Shown piece after piece: positions 56,121 to 64,000 of a DNA stretch of 64,000 nucleotides (within the stretch, counting starts at the first letter, position 1; each line of letters starts with the position of its first letter). The notes under the pieces are model-generated. The model ran no database searches. It saw only the letters and a list, made by a program, of their open reading frames with translations, and had not been told where the DNA came from. The stretch is from an uncultured Ignavibacteriaceae bacterium (GTDB taxonomy: Bacteria; Bacteroidota; Ignavibacteria; Ignavibacteriales; Ignavibacteriaceae), in NCBI GenBank assembly GCA_964498065.1, contig CAZCFZ010000016.1, forward strand, positions 8,794-72,793. The letters are read 5' to 3'. The translations under genes were made by a program, and so were the position numbers.

Positions 56121-57659
56121 ATGAGAATGGAATTTCTTAAAAAATTAGGAATAAAAGAAAAAAATTTCGGTTCTAGTACCGGGACAAAATGGAACGAAAC
56201 AACCGACAGTGGAGAGTTAAAAATTTATTCTCCGGCCGATGGAAAATTCATTGCTTCTGTTTATCAAGCTTCCGAAAAAGATTATGATAGTATTCTTGAA
56301 ACGGCTGCCGAAGCATTTAAATTTTGGAGAAAGATGCCTGCGCCTAAGAGAGGCGAAATAGTCCGTCAGATCGGAGTTAAGCTGAGAGAATATAAATCTG
56401 ATCTTGGTAAATTGGTTTCTTACGAAATGGGCAAATCACTTCAAGAAGGATTAGGAGAAGTCCAGGAAATGATCGACATATGCGATTTTTCAGTCGGTCA
56501 ATCAAGACAGCTTTACGGTTTTACCATGGCGTCTGAAAGGCCGAATCACCGGATGTATGATCAATATCATCCTCTTGGTGTAGTAGGAATTATTTCCGCA
56601 TTTAATTTTCCTGTTGCTGTTTATTCCTGGAACGCAATGCTGGCTGCTGTTTGCGGAGATGTAAATTTATGGAAGCCTTCTTCAAAAGTACCTTTATCAG
56701 CAATAGCTGTTCAAAATATTATAGCAGAGGTTTTAAAAATTAATAATCTTCCTGAAGGTATATTTTCATTAGTTATAGGGCGTGGTTCCACAGTTGGGGA
56801 AAAACTATTAAACGATAAAAGGATTCCATTAATTTCCCTTACAGGCTCTACTAAAGTCGGAAAGCATGCTGGAGAAGTAATTGCAAAAAGGTTCGGACGT
56901 TCAATTTTAGAATTAGGCGGTAACAATGCTATTATCCTTACACAAAATGCAGATTTGAAAATGGCAATGCCTGCAATTGTTTTCGGTGCAGTAGGTACAT
57001 GCGGTCAAAGATGTACAACAACAAGAAGATTAATTATCCACGAATCTATTTATGAAAAAGTTAAAGAATCATTGGTAAAAGCATATAAAGGATTGAAAAT
57101 CGGTGATCCTTTGGATGAAAAGAATCATGTAGGGCCGCTTATTGATAAGGATGCAGTCGAAATGTTTTCAAAGGCTTTGCAGAAAGTTAAATCAGAAGGA
57201 GGGAAAATAGTATTCGGCGGCGAAGTTTTATCAGGCAGTGGTTATGAATCAAATTGTTACGTAAATCCTGTAATAGTTGAAGCTGAAAATAGTTATGAGA
57301 TAGTTCAGGAAGAAACTTTTGCTCCTATTTTGTATTTGATTAAATATAAGGGAGAAATAAATAATGCAATCCGGATTCATAATAGTGTTGTACAGGGATT
57401 ATCATCTTCAATTTTTACAACAGATATGAGAGAAGCAGAACAATTTTTATCTGCTGAAGGTTCCGATTGCGGAATTGCAAATGTAAATATCGGAACTTCC
57501 GGTGCTGAAATAGGCGGTGCATTCGGAGGGGAGAAAGAAACCGGCGGCGGAAGAGAATCAGGTTCCGACGCTTGGAAAGCATATATGAGAAGACAAACAA
57601 ATACAATCAATTACGGAACCGAATTGCCTCTTGCCCAGGGAATAAAATTCGACATCTAA
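56121..57659 (+). CDS. ALDH7 (antiquitin)-type alpha-aminoadipate semialdehyde / piperideine-6-carboxylate dehydrogenase
   Basis: [30 protein letters not shown] and [10 protein letters not shown]. The C-terminus, [61 protein letters not shown], is characteristic of ALDH7. Confidence 0.85.
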   Translation: MRMEFLKKLGIKEKNFGSSTGTKWNETTDSGELKIYSPADGKFIASVYQASEKDYDSILETAAEAFKFWRKMPAPKRGEIVRQIGVKLREYKSDLGKLVSYEMGKSLQEGLGEVQEMIDICDFSVGQSRQLYGFTMASERPNHRMYDQYHPLGVVGIISAFNFPVAVYSWNAMLAAVCGDVNLWKPSSKVPLSAIAVQNIIAEVLKINNLPEGIFSLVIGRGSTVGEKLLNDKRIPLISLTGSTKVGKHAGEVIAKRFGRSILELGGNNAIILTQNADLKMAMPAIVFGAVGTCGQRCTTTRRLIIHESIYEKVKESLVKAYKGLKIGDPLDEKNHVGPLIDKDAVEMFSKALQKVKSEGGKIVFGGEVLSGSGYESNCYVNPVIVEAENSYEIVQEETFAPILYLIKYKGEINNAIRIHNSVVQGLSSSIFTTDMREAEQFLSAEGSDCGIANVNIGTSGAEIGGAFGGEKETGGGRESGSDAWKAYMRRQTNTINYGTELPLAQGIKFDI

Positions 57660-57690
57660 TATTCTGAACAAATTGATGTAACATTTTGAG

Positions 57691-57727
57691 CTCTTTTCTT
57701 AATATTTTAAGAAGAGAGTTTTTTTTA
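57691..57727 (+). terminator. Rho-independent terminator
   Basis: CTCTTTTCTTAA-TATT-TTAAGAAGAGAG followed by TTTTTTTT. Confidence 0.75.
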
Positions 57728-57872
57728 AATCAACTGCTGATTTACAATAACTCAAGGTAATTTTGCCATTTTATGTACATTAGAAATATATAATAGTTAA
57801 TTTTTTAAGGTTTTTAGTACTATTTAAAGTGGTATGTATTTTGTTATTTTAATGTATAATACATGGTAAGAC

Positions 57873-58583
57873 ATGAAAACATTAACATTAAATACTTTTA
57901 CTTCATGTCCCGATGATATAGAGATAAGTCAATATAAAATATTATCGAGTTTGAAGGAATATAGAAGAGAATTCAATAAAAATAAATTATACCCAACTTT
58001 AACCGAATTGATTTATCTATATTCCACATTAGAGGAATTATTAGCAAATAAATCCTGCTTTGAATTGCTTTTACCAAACGGAATATCCAGAAAAAATAGT
58101 AATAAGAATAATTTTGTAGAAATCATTGACCAATCAACTGAACAAAAAGATAATGTTTACGATCTGATTGAATGGGCTTTGCCGATAATACAGAGTCTTA
58201 TTGATGAGGCTCAAGTAATCTATCATTTCGTGTTTGAAAATATAGTTATTAAACAGAAGGGAAGATCAAAGAGCAAAGATAAAAACAGCTATTTGCTGGT
58301 ACCTGATAACCTTAACACTCAACTTAACGTATATAAGTTTGAAACTATTGAAAATTTTAGAGATAACCGATCCAATCTTATTTTAAATATCGGTTACCTC
58401 CAATCTACTAAGATGATTAATCTTCCCAGTATAACCTGGTATATAGATATGGAATTAAAAAATAAATATAATAATGGAAAAGATTTGGATTGTTATCTTT
58501 GTCAAACAGATTTAGATTTTCCGTTTTTTGAAACCATGTTTCCATTAGCTAGAGCTAAATTGTTGAACTATCTCTCCAAGTAA
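57873..58583 (+). CDS. Hypothetical protein, 236 aa
   Basis: A stand-alone ORF bracketed by terminators. No signal peptide, no transmembrane helix, and no motif I recognise. Confidence 0.55.
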   Translation: MKTLTLNTFTSCPDDIEISQYKILSSLKEYRREFNKNKLYPTLTELIYLYSTLEELLANKSCFELLLPNGISRKNSNKNNFVEIIDQSTEQKDNVYDLIEWALPIIQSLIDEAQVIYHFVFENIVIKQKGRSKSKDKNSYLLVPDNLNTQLNVYKFETIENFRDNRSNLILNIGYLQSTKMINLPSITWYIDMELKNKYNNGKDLDCYLCQTDLDFPFFETMFPLARAKLLNYLSK

Positions 58584-58585
58584 AT

Positions 58586-58616
58586 AAAAAGGCCGGCATA
58601 ATAACCGGCCTTTTTA
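58586..58616. terminator. Bidirectional rho-independent terminator between convergent genes
   Basis: AAAAAGGCCGG-CATAATAA-CCGGCCTTTTT. Confidence 0.85.
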
Positions 58617-58632
58617 TTAGATATTAACATGA

Positions 58633-60732
58633 TTAACTAATTAGATTAATGTAATCGGCAAGAATATGTCCGGTTTCATCAAGTTCGGGATCATCTTTAG
58701 GTGTATTATCGTTAGTCGGTTTTTCTCCTTTAGGTAATAATTTTAAACCTAGGCTTTTTCGCCGTTCATTTTCTCTATCGAATTTCTTTTGTTCAATTTC
58801 TTTTTGTTCTTCCTTTCTTACCTCTTCATTTAATGATAAATATTTTTTATCATGAGCTTCCCTATATTCTTTTACTTCATCGGTAAATTCATTCCATTCG
58901 GGATCATTATTTTTTATTCTGGCAAGATGCAGCTTAATCAATTCGGGAACGTATTTTTGAATATCTCCAAACCTAACATATTTGGTAGAATCGATTTGAT
59001 CCCATGGAAGAGAACTGGGCTCCGTACTCTCGCCGTATTCCTTGTCATTAATTAAAGACGGAAATTTAATATCTGGAATAACTCCAAGATGCTGGGTACT
59101 GGCCCCGTTGATTCTATAAAACTTTGCTATTGTCAATTTAACCTGACCAAGCTTTTTGCTTTCGCTCGGCATTAATCGGTTTAGGTCAATTAAATTTTGG
59201 ACAGTTCCTTTACCATAAGTATTGCTTCCTATAATTAAACCACGTCCGTAATCCTGAATAGCTGCCGAGAATATTTCCGATGCAGAAGCGCTAAATCTAT
59301 TTACCAAAACAAAAAGAGGACCGGTATAATCAATAGACTTATCAGGATCGTCTTCAACATCAATACTTCCATTGGATTTTTTTATTTGCACAACGGGACC
59401 GTTCTTAATAAACAATCCTGTCAGTTTTATTGCTTCTTCCAGAGAACCGCCGCCGTTATTTCTTAAATCAATAATAATACCTTGAACATTAGCCTTTTTT
59501 AATTCGTCAACTAATTTTTTTACATCGCGGGTTGTACTTTTATAATCTTTATCACCACGTTGCTCCGCATTATAGTCACTGTAGAATGCCGGCAAAGTAA
59601 TCACTCCGAATTTGTAAGTTTTACCATTTTGCTTTATATCTAAAATTTTATCCTTAGCAGACTGCTCTTCAAGTTTTATCTTGTCGCGAACAAGCGTAAT
59701 CTCTTTTGGTGCAGCATTAACGCCTTCATTTCCGGGAATAATTTGAAGTCTTACGATACTTCCTTTTTTCCCCCTTATTAACTGAACAACATCTGTTATT
59801 CTCCATCCGATTACATCAACCATTTCACCGTCTTTTCCTTGTGCAACACCGATAATTTTATCCCCGCGGTGCAATAATTTGCTTTTAAATGCAGGGCCGC
59901 CGGGTATAATTTCCACTACTTTTGTATATTCGTCTTCAGTTTGAAGCTGTGCCCCGATGCCTTCAAGCGAACGGGTCATTTCAATATTAAAGTTTTGAGA
60001 AGTAACAGGAGACATATAATTTGTATGAGGATCCAAAGATTCCGTAAATGAATTTTCGAATAATTGAAACACATCTTCATTTTTATATTCCATTATGTTC
60101 TTACGGAGATTTTCATATCTTTTTTTCAGCAATTTCTGAATATCATCCCATTTCTTTCCGGCTAAAATCAGACTTAGTGCATCGCTTTTAACTTTCCTCC
60201 GCCAAAGCTCATCCATCTGCGCTGAATTTGCAGCCCAGGCTGCATTCTTTCTATCTATCTGTATAGAATCAGGCTTATTAAAATCGAAACCTTTTGTTAA
60301 TAGTTTTTCTGCATAATCAAATCTTTCATAAGCTCTTTCTCTAAATTTATTAAAGATATAAAAAGCAGGCTGCAAGTTACCATCTTTAATATCGTCATCT
60401 AACTGATATCTGTATTTATCGAAATTATCAATGTCCGAAGCATAGAAATAATACTTTCCATAGTCCAAAGATTTTAAATAACGATTAAAAATAACATTTG
60501 AAAGTGAATCATCCAGTTTAAATTTTCTATAATGATATCTTTGAAGTATTGTGGCAATCAATTCATCCTCGTTTGACATATATCTTGGAGGTTCGAGGAT
60601 TGCAGTTGTATCGCTGTCAACATTTTTATTACCATTAAATTTTAAGGTTTTAGCTAAAAATATATTAGCAACTATAATAAGAAGTACTAATACAAGAATT
60701 TTTTTCATTAGGTTACTCGTTTTTTTTGTCAT
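58633..60732 (-). CDS. prc: Carboxy-terminal processing (tail-specific) protease, S41 family
   Basis: 699 aa with a signal anchor and a PDZ region. The S41 core reads LDLRNNGGGSL...NRFSASASEIF...GTVQ. Confidence 0.85.
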   Translation of the reverse strand: MTKKTSNLMKKILVLVLLIIVANIFLAKTLKFNGNKNVDSDTTAILEPPRYMSNEDELIATILQRYHYRKFKLDDSLSNVIFNRYLKSLDYGKYYFYASDIDNFDKYRYQLDDDIKDGNLQPAFYIFNKFRERAYERFDYAEKLLTKGFDFNKPDSIQIDRKNAAWAANSAQMDELWRRKVKSDALSLILAGKKWDDIQKLLKKRYENLRKNIMEYKNEDVFQLFENSFTESLDPHTNYMSPVTSQNFNIEMTRSLEGIGAQLQTEDEYTKVVEIIPGGPAFKSKLLHRGDKIIGVAQGKDGEMVDVIGWRITDVVQLIRGKKGSIVRLQIIPGNEGVNAAPKEITLVRDKIKLEEQSAKDKILDIKQNGKTYKFGVITLPAFYSDYNAEQRGDKDYKSTTRDVKKLVDELKKANVQGIIIDLRNNGGGSLEEAIKLTGLFIKNGPVVQIKKSNGSIDVEDDPDKSIDYTGPLFVLVNRFSASASEIFSAAIQDYGRGLIIGSNTYGKGTVQNLIDLNRLMPSESKKLGQVKLTIAKFYRINGASTQHLGVIPDIKFPSLINDKEYGESTEPSSLPWDQIDSTKYVRFGDIQKYVPELIKLHLARIKNNDPEWNEFTDEVKEYREAHDKKYLSLNEEVRKEEQKEIEQKKFDRENERRKSLGLKLLPKGEKPTNDNTPKDDPELDETGHILADYINLIS

Positions 60733-61139
60733 TTATTTTTAATCATTTATACTCAAAATGTAATTTAACAATACTTAATCACGGAAAAAATTGATTTTTC
60801 CCTCCATAAAAATAAAAATATGAATAAATTTGAGTGGGAGTATTAAATCAAAAATATCCGAGGTATAATATCTAAAAATTATTCATTGAATAAAAATCCC
60901 TTTTTTTGTACGCACATTTTTAAAATAGTATTTAGCATTAACAAAATTTTTGATAAAAGCCTTTTTTAGGTGAAAATAAAATTAAATATTTATCTTCCGG
61001 TATATAAATCCGCTAAACGTAATTATTTTTAGGAGCGATATCAAGATTTAAGCTTGTTAATTATTCAGGCGAATGGCGGTATTATGATTTTAAAGAATTA
61101 AAAAATTTCAATTTGAAAAATATAAGTTTTTAATAATTG

Positions 61140-61176
61140 ATAATAAGAGAAGGGTATAAATTTTAGTATACCCTTC
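61140..61176 (-). terminator. Rho-independent terminator downstream of bcp
   Basis: GAAGGGTATA at 61149-58 pairs with TATACCCTTC at 61167-76. On the minus strand a T-rich stretch follows. Confidence 0.65.
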
Positions 61177-61184
61177 ACTAAAAA

Positions 61185-61712
61185 TTATTTTAATTTCATT
61201 GCAAAATTAAAAACTTCTGCTGCATGTTTTTCAATGTCGGTTACATTAATAATTTTTGCAATTTTACCTTCCTTATTAATTATAAAGGTTACGCGCTTAT
61301 CGAATCCGTTGGGTAGAAGTACACCGTATTCTTTAGATACCTTTTTATTTGCATCGGATAACAGCGGGAAGTTCAGTTTGTACTTATGAATGAAAGCTTT
61401 TATCCGGCTATCAGGATCGACACTAATACCAAAAACTTTTATATTATTTTTTTTGAATTTCGACCAGTCATCTCTTATGCCGCAAGCTTCTTTAGTACAA
61501 CCGGGTGTACCTGCTTCGGGATAAAAATAAACTATAACCGGATATTTTTTTATGTATGACTTTAAATTATATGATTTACCAAATGCATCTTTTAATATAA
61601 AATTGGGAGCTTTATCGCCGACCTTTAAACCCTTTTTAGTTTGTGCAGATGATGGGCCGGCAATAAAGAACATTAAAAATAATATTGCCGAAATAAATAA
61701 ACCCGTCTTCAT
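61185..61712 (-). CDS. bcp: Thiol peroxidase of the Bcp/PrxQ type, with an N-terminal signal peptide
   Basis: YFYPEAGTPGCTKEACGIRD peroxidatic and resolving Cys motif; N-terminal MKTGLFISAILFLMFFIAGPSSAQ. Confidence 0.8.
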   Translation of the reverse strand: MKTGLFISAILFLMFFIAGPSSAQTKKGLKVGDKAPNFILKDAFGKSYNLKSYIKKYPVIVYFYPEAGTPGCTKEACGIRDDWSKFKKNNIKVFGISVDPDSRIKAFIHKYKLNFPLLSDANKKVSKEYGVLLPNGFDKRVTFIINKEGKIAKIINVTDIEKHAAEVFNFAMKLK

Positions 61713-61774
61713 AAATGCCTCCTTATTTTTGTATGACTTCCCCTAAAATGAAATATTATTTGATTGATTATCCG

Positions 61775-63076
61775 CTAATCCGATCCTATGCTTCTTGAAA
61801 ATATATAATCGACATTTCTAAGCATATTTTTATTATCAAATATATCTTTTAATTCCTTTTCAGAAAGGTATTTCATCACATCTTCAGATTTTAGAAGTTC
61901 GCTTAAAAGATCTTTAGATTTATCAGCCCAAACTTCCATGGCGGCGGTTTGGACTATTTTATAAGCATCTTCTCTGGAAATCCCTTTATTTACAAGCTTT
62001 AGTAAAACAGTCTGAGAGAAAACTAATCCTCTGGTTAAGTTTAAGTTTCTCATCATGTTTTCAGGATAAATAAGTAAATTTTTAATCAGCTTGTTCATTA
62101 AATCAAGCATATAATCCAAAGCAATACAACTATCCGGAACAATAATTCTTTCAACCGAAGAATGTGAGATATCCCTTTCATGCCATAATGCAACATCTTC
62201 AAAAGCTGCAACTGCATTGCTTCTTAATACTCTGGAAAGTCCCGTAATTCTTTCACTGATTATAGGATTTCTTTTATGAGGCATTGCTGAAGAACCTTTT
62301 TGACCTTTTGAAAAATATTCTTCCGCTTCCAGGACTTCTGTTCTCTGCAGGTGTCTAATTTCAACTGCCATTTTTTCAAGAGTAGTTCCAATCACGGCAA
62401 GTGTGCTCATAAATTCAGCATGACGGTCTCTTTGAATAATCTGAGTTGAAACAGGAGCGGGGGATAAGTCCATTTTTTTACAGACATATTCTTCCACTTT
62501 AGGCGAAAGATGTTCAAAAGTTCCTACTGCACCGGAAATTTGACCAACACTTATTGACTTAACAGCATTTTCAAGTCGATTAATATTTCTTTTTGTCTCT
62601 TCAAACCATAAGGCAAACTTAAGTCCCATCGTAGTAGGCTCTGCATGGATACCGTGCGATCTTCCGACACACAAAGTATTTTTATGTTCAACCGCTCTCT
62701 CTTTCAATATGCTTTTTAATTCATTTAATCTTTTTAATATAAGTTCACCCGCAGTTTTCATCTGGTAAGAAAGAGTAGTATCAAGGATATCCGAAGACGT
62801 CATTCCGTAGTGAATATGTCTTGAAGCAGGACCGACATATTCCGCAACATTAGTTAGAAATGCAATTACATCATGTTTTGTTGTTTCTTCAATTTCCAAA
62901 ATTCGTTTAACATTAAAATTTGCTTTTTGTTTTATCACTTCAACATCTTCATTTGGAATTTCTCCCATTTCACATCGGGCTTCACAAGCAAGAATTTCAA
63001 TTTTAAGCCAGGTTTTAAATTTAAATTCATCCTGCCAAATTTTTCCCATTTCGGGGAGTGTATATCTTTCAATCAT
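61775..63076 (-). CDS. purB: Adenylosuccinate lyase
   Basis: MIERYTLPEM N-terminus, HYGMTSSD, and the GSSAMPHKRNP signature loop. Confidence 0.95.
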   Translation of the reverse strand: MIERYTLPEMGKIWQDEFKFKTWLKIEILACEARCEMGEIPNEDVEVIKQKANFNVKRILEIEETTKHDVIAFLTNVAEYVGPASRHIHYGMTSSDILDTTLSYQMKTAGELILKRLNELKSILKERAVEHKNTLCVGRSHGIHAEPTTMGLKFALWFEETKRNINRLENAVKSISVGQISGAVGTFEHLSPKVEEYVCKKMDLSPAPVSTQIIQRDRHAEFMSTLAVIGTTLEKMAVEIRHLQRTEVLEAEEYFSKGQKGSSAMPHKRNPIISERITGLSRVLRSNAVAAFEDVALWHERDISHSSVERIIVPDSCIALDYMLDLMNKLIKNLLIYPENMMRNLNLTRGLVFSQTVLLKLVNKGISREDAYKIVQTAAMEVWADKSKDLLSELLKSEDVMKYLSEKELKDIFDNKNMLRNVDYIFSRSIGSD

Positions 63077-64000
63077 GAAGTTTTCTCCAATTTCATATGT
63101 AGTTTAATTATTTTATTGTCACGGAGAATTTTTAACGTTACGATTTCCCCGACACTAAATTGTGTAAAAACTCCCACAAGAGTCTGTTCGTCATTAATTA
63201 AGTAATTATCTACTTGTAAAATTATATCACCTTCCTTAAGTCCGGCGTTTGCAGCAGGCGTATTTGGGAAAACCTGAGTGATTATTACACCTCTTGTATT
63301 TTGAAGGTTATAATATTTTGCAATACCTTCATCAATTGATTGTATTTTTAATCCAATATTAAAATCTCTATCGATTTTGCCGTATTCTTTTAGCTGCGTA
63401 ATAATCCTTTTTATCTTGTTTATAGTGATTGCAAATCCCAAACCGATATTTCCATTTGTTCCGTTGGCAGTATAAATTAAAGTATTCATCCCTATAACTT
63501 GTCCAATGCTGTTAACTAGAGGACCGCCGCTGTTTCCTGCGTTAATAGCTGCATCGGTTTGAATCATATTTAAATAATAACGGTTATTGGATCCTACATT
63601 AACCGGTTGATCCAAATTCATGCCTGTGGAACTTACGACTCCAACGGTAACGGTTGGTTTATCATTTACATTAAAAAGACCAAAAGGATTGCCGAAGGCA
63701 ATTACCCATTCTCCTATAAGAATATTATCAGAATTACCCAATGTAACGTACGGCAAATTAGAACCATTAATTTTAAGCAGGCAAATATCCGTTGCATGAT
63801 CCGTACCGACTATTTTTGCTTTATATTCCTTACCGTCAGTTAGGGTTACGGTAATTTCAGAAGCGTTTCCTGCCACATGATCATTTGTTACAATGTATCC
63901 GTCAGGTGAAATTATGAAACCTGAACCCAATTCTTTCACCCTTTGATTGAACATGCCTTGGTCACCAAAGAATTGTCTGAAAAACGGGTCGCTAAAAAAC
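63073..64000 (-). CDS. HtrA/DegP-family serine protease (trypsin domain plus PDZ); the N-terminus lies outside the window
   Basis: The frame stays open to nt 64000 (FFSDPFFRQFFGDQGM...). TNDHV, DIC and GNSGGPL form the catalytic triad context. 4-nt overlap with purB. Confidence 0.85.
   Translation of the reverse strand, partial: FFSDPFFRQFFGDQGMFNQRVKELGSGFIISPDGYIVTNDHVAGNASEITVTLTDGKEYKAKIVGTDHATDICLLKINGSNLPYVTLGNSDNILIGEWVIAFGNPFGLFNVNDKPTVTVGVVSSTGMNLDQPVNVGSNNRYYLNMIQTDAAINAGNSGGPLVNSIGQVIGMNTLIYTANGTNGNIGLGFAITINKIKRIITQLKEYGKIDRDFNIGLKIQSIDEGIAKYYNLQNTRGVIITQVFPNTPAANAGLKEGDIILQVDNYLINDEQTLVGVFTQFSVGEIVTLKILRDNKIIKLHMKLEKTS

Noticed and set aside
1-64000. CRISPR arrays, rRNA genes, tmRNA, RNase P RNA, SRP RNA, and defence or toxin-antitoxin systems
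   Set aside because: I scanned the intergenic regions by eye. I found no regularly spaced direct repeats, no characteristic conserved RNA motifs, and no nuclease, ATPase or small paired ORF signatures. Absence by eye is not proof. A covariance-model scan would settle the RNA genes.

Overview
This is an AT-rich bacterial chromosomal window with very high coding density and Shine-Dalgarno-type ribosome-binding sites. The gene content resembles an FCB-group or Ignavibacteria-like organism, but that is inference only, with no search run. Most of the window is housekeeping. It holds an 11-gene complex I operon (nuoABCDHIJKLMN, minus strand, 2.2-12.7 kb) with no nuoEFG. It also holds a plus-strand operon alr, unknown, manC, rpiB, then pyrK-pyrD-folC, rho, pdxA, ftsE, adk, tadA and a tRNA-Arg(UCG). 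Further on come hutI, glgA-gmhB plus a three-gene envelope module, glyA-tatC-polyprenyl synthase, and hisA with a cNMP-binding protein and a universal stress protein (USP). The remainder includes bioY, a membrane-anchored HdrD-like Fe-S protein, an Hc1-like histone, dus, apt, rsmI, a divergent lysine-catabolic pair (lat next to rrf2 and an ALDH7-type dehydrogenase), prc, bcp, purB and a partial htrA. I see no CRISPR array, rRNA, integrase, transposase or recognisable defence system, and no convincing new multi-gene system. The stretch that looks most accessory is 26.0-32.0 kb. It contains a GC-rich palindromic repeat in two copies, one of them embedded in a MITE-like unit with a 10-nt target-site duplication and 10-nt terminal inverted repeats. 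It also contains a VOC/glyoxalase gene broken by a 1-nt frameshift in a T7 run, a pseudoknot-capable intergenic element, and an uncharacterised gene set of a DUF3795 protein, a methyltransferase and a polytopic membrane protein. Other leads are five same-orientation copies of a GTTGCCACC-type motif upstream of a small secreted protein, several long intergenic inverted repeats, and a few unknown proteins inside otherwise well-understood operons. All functional calls rest on motif recognition in the supplied translations. No database search was run.
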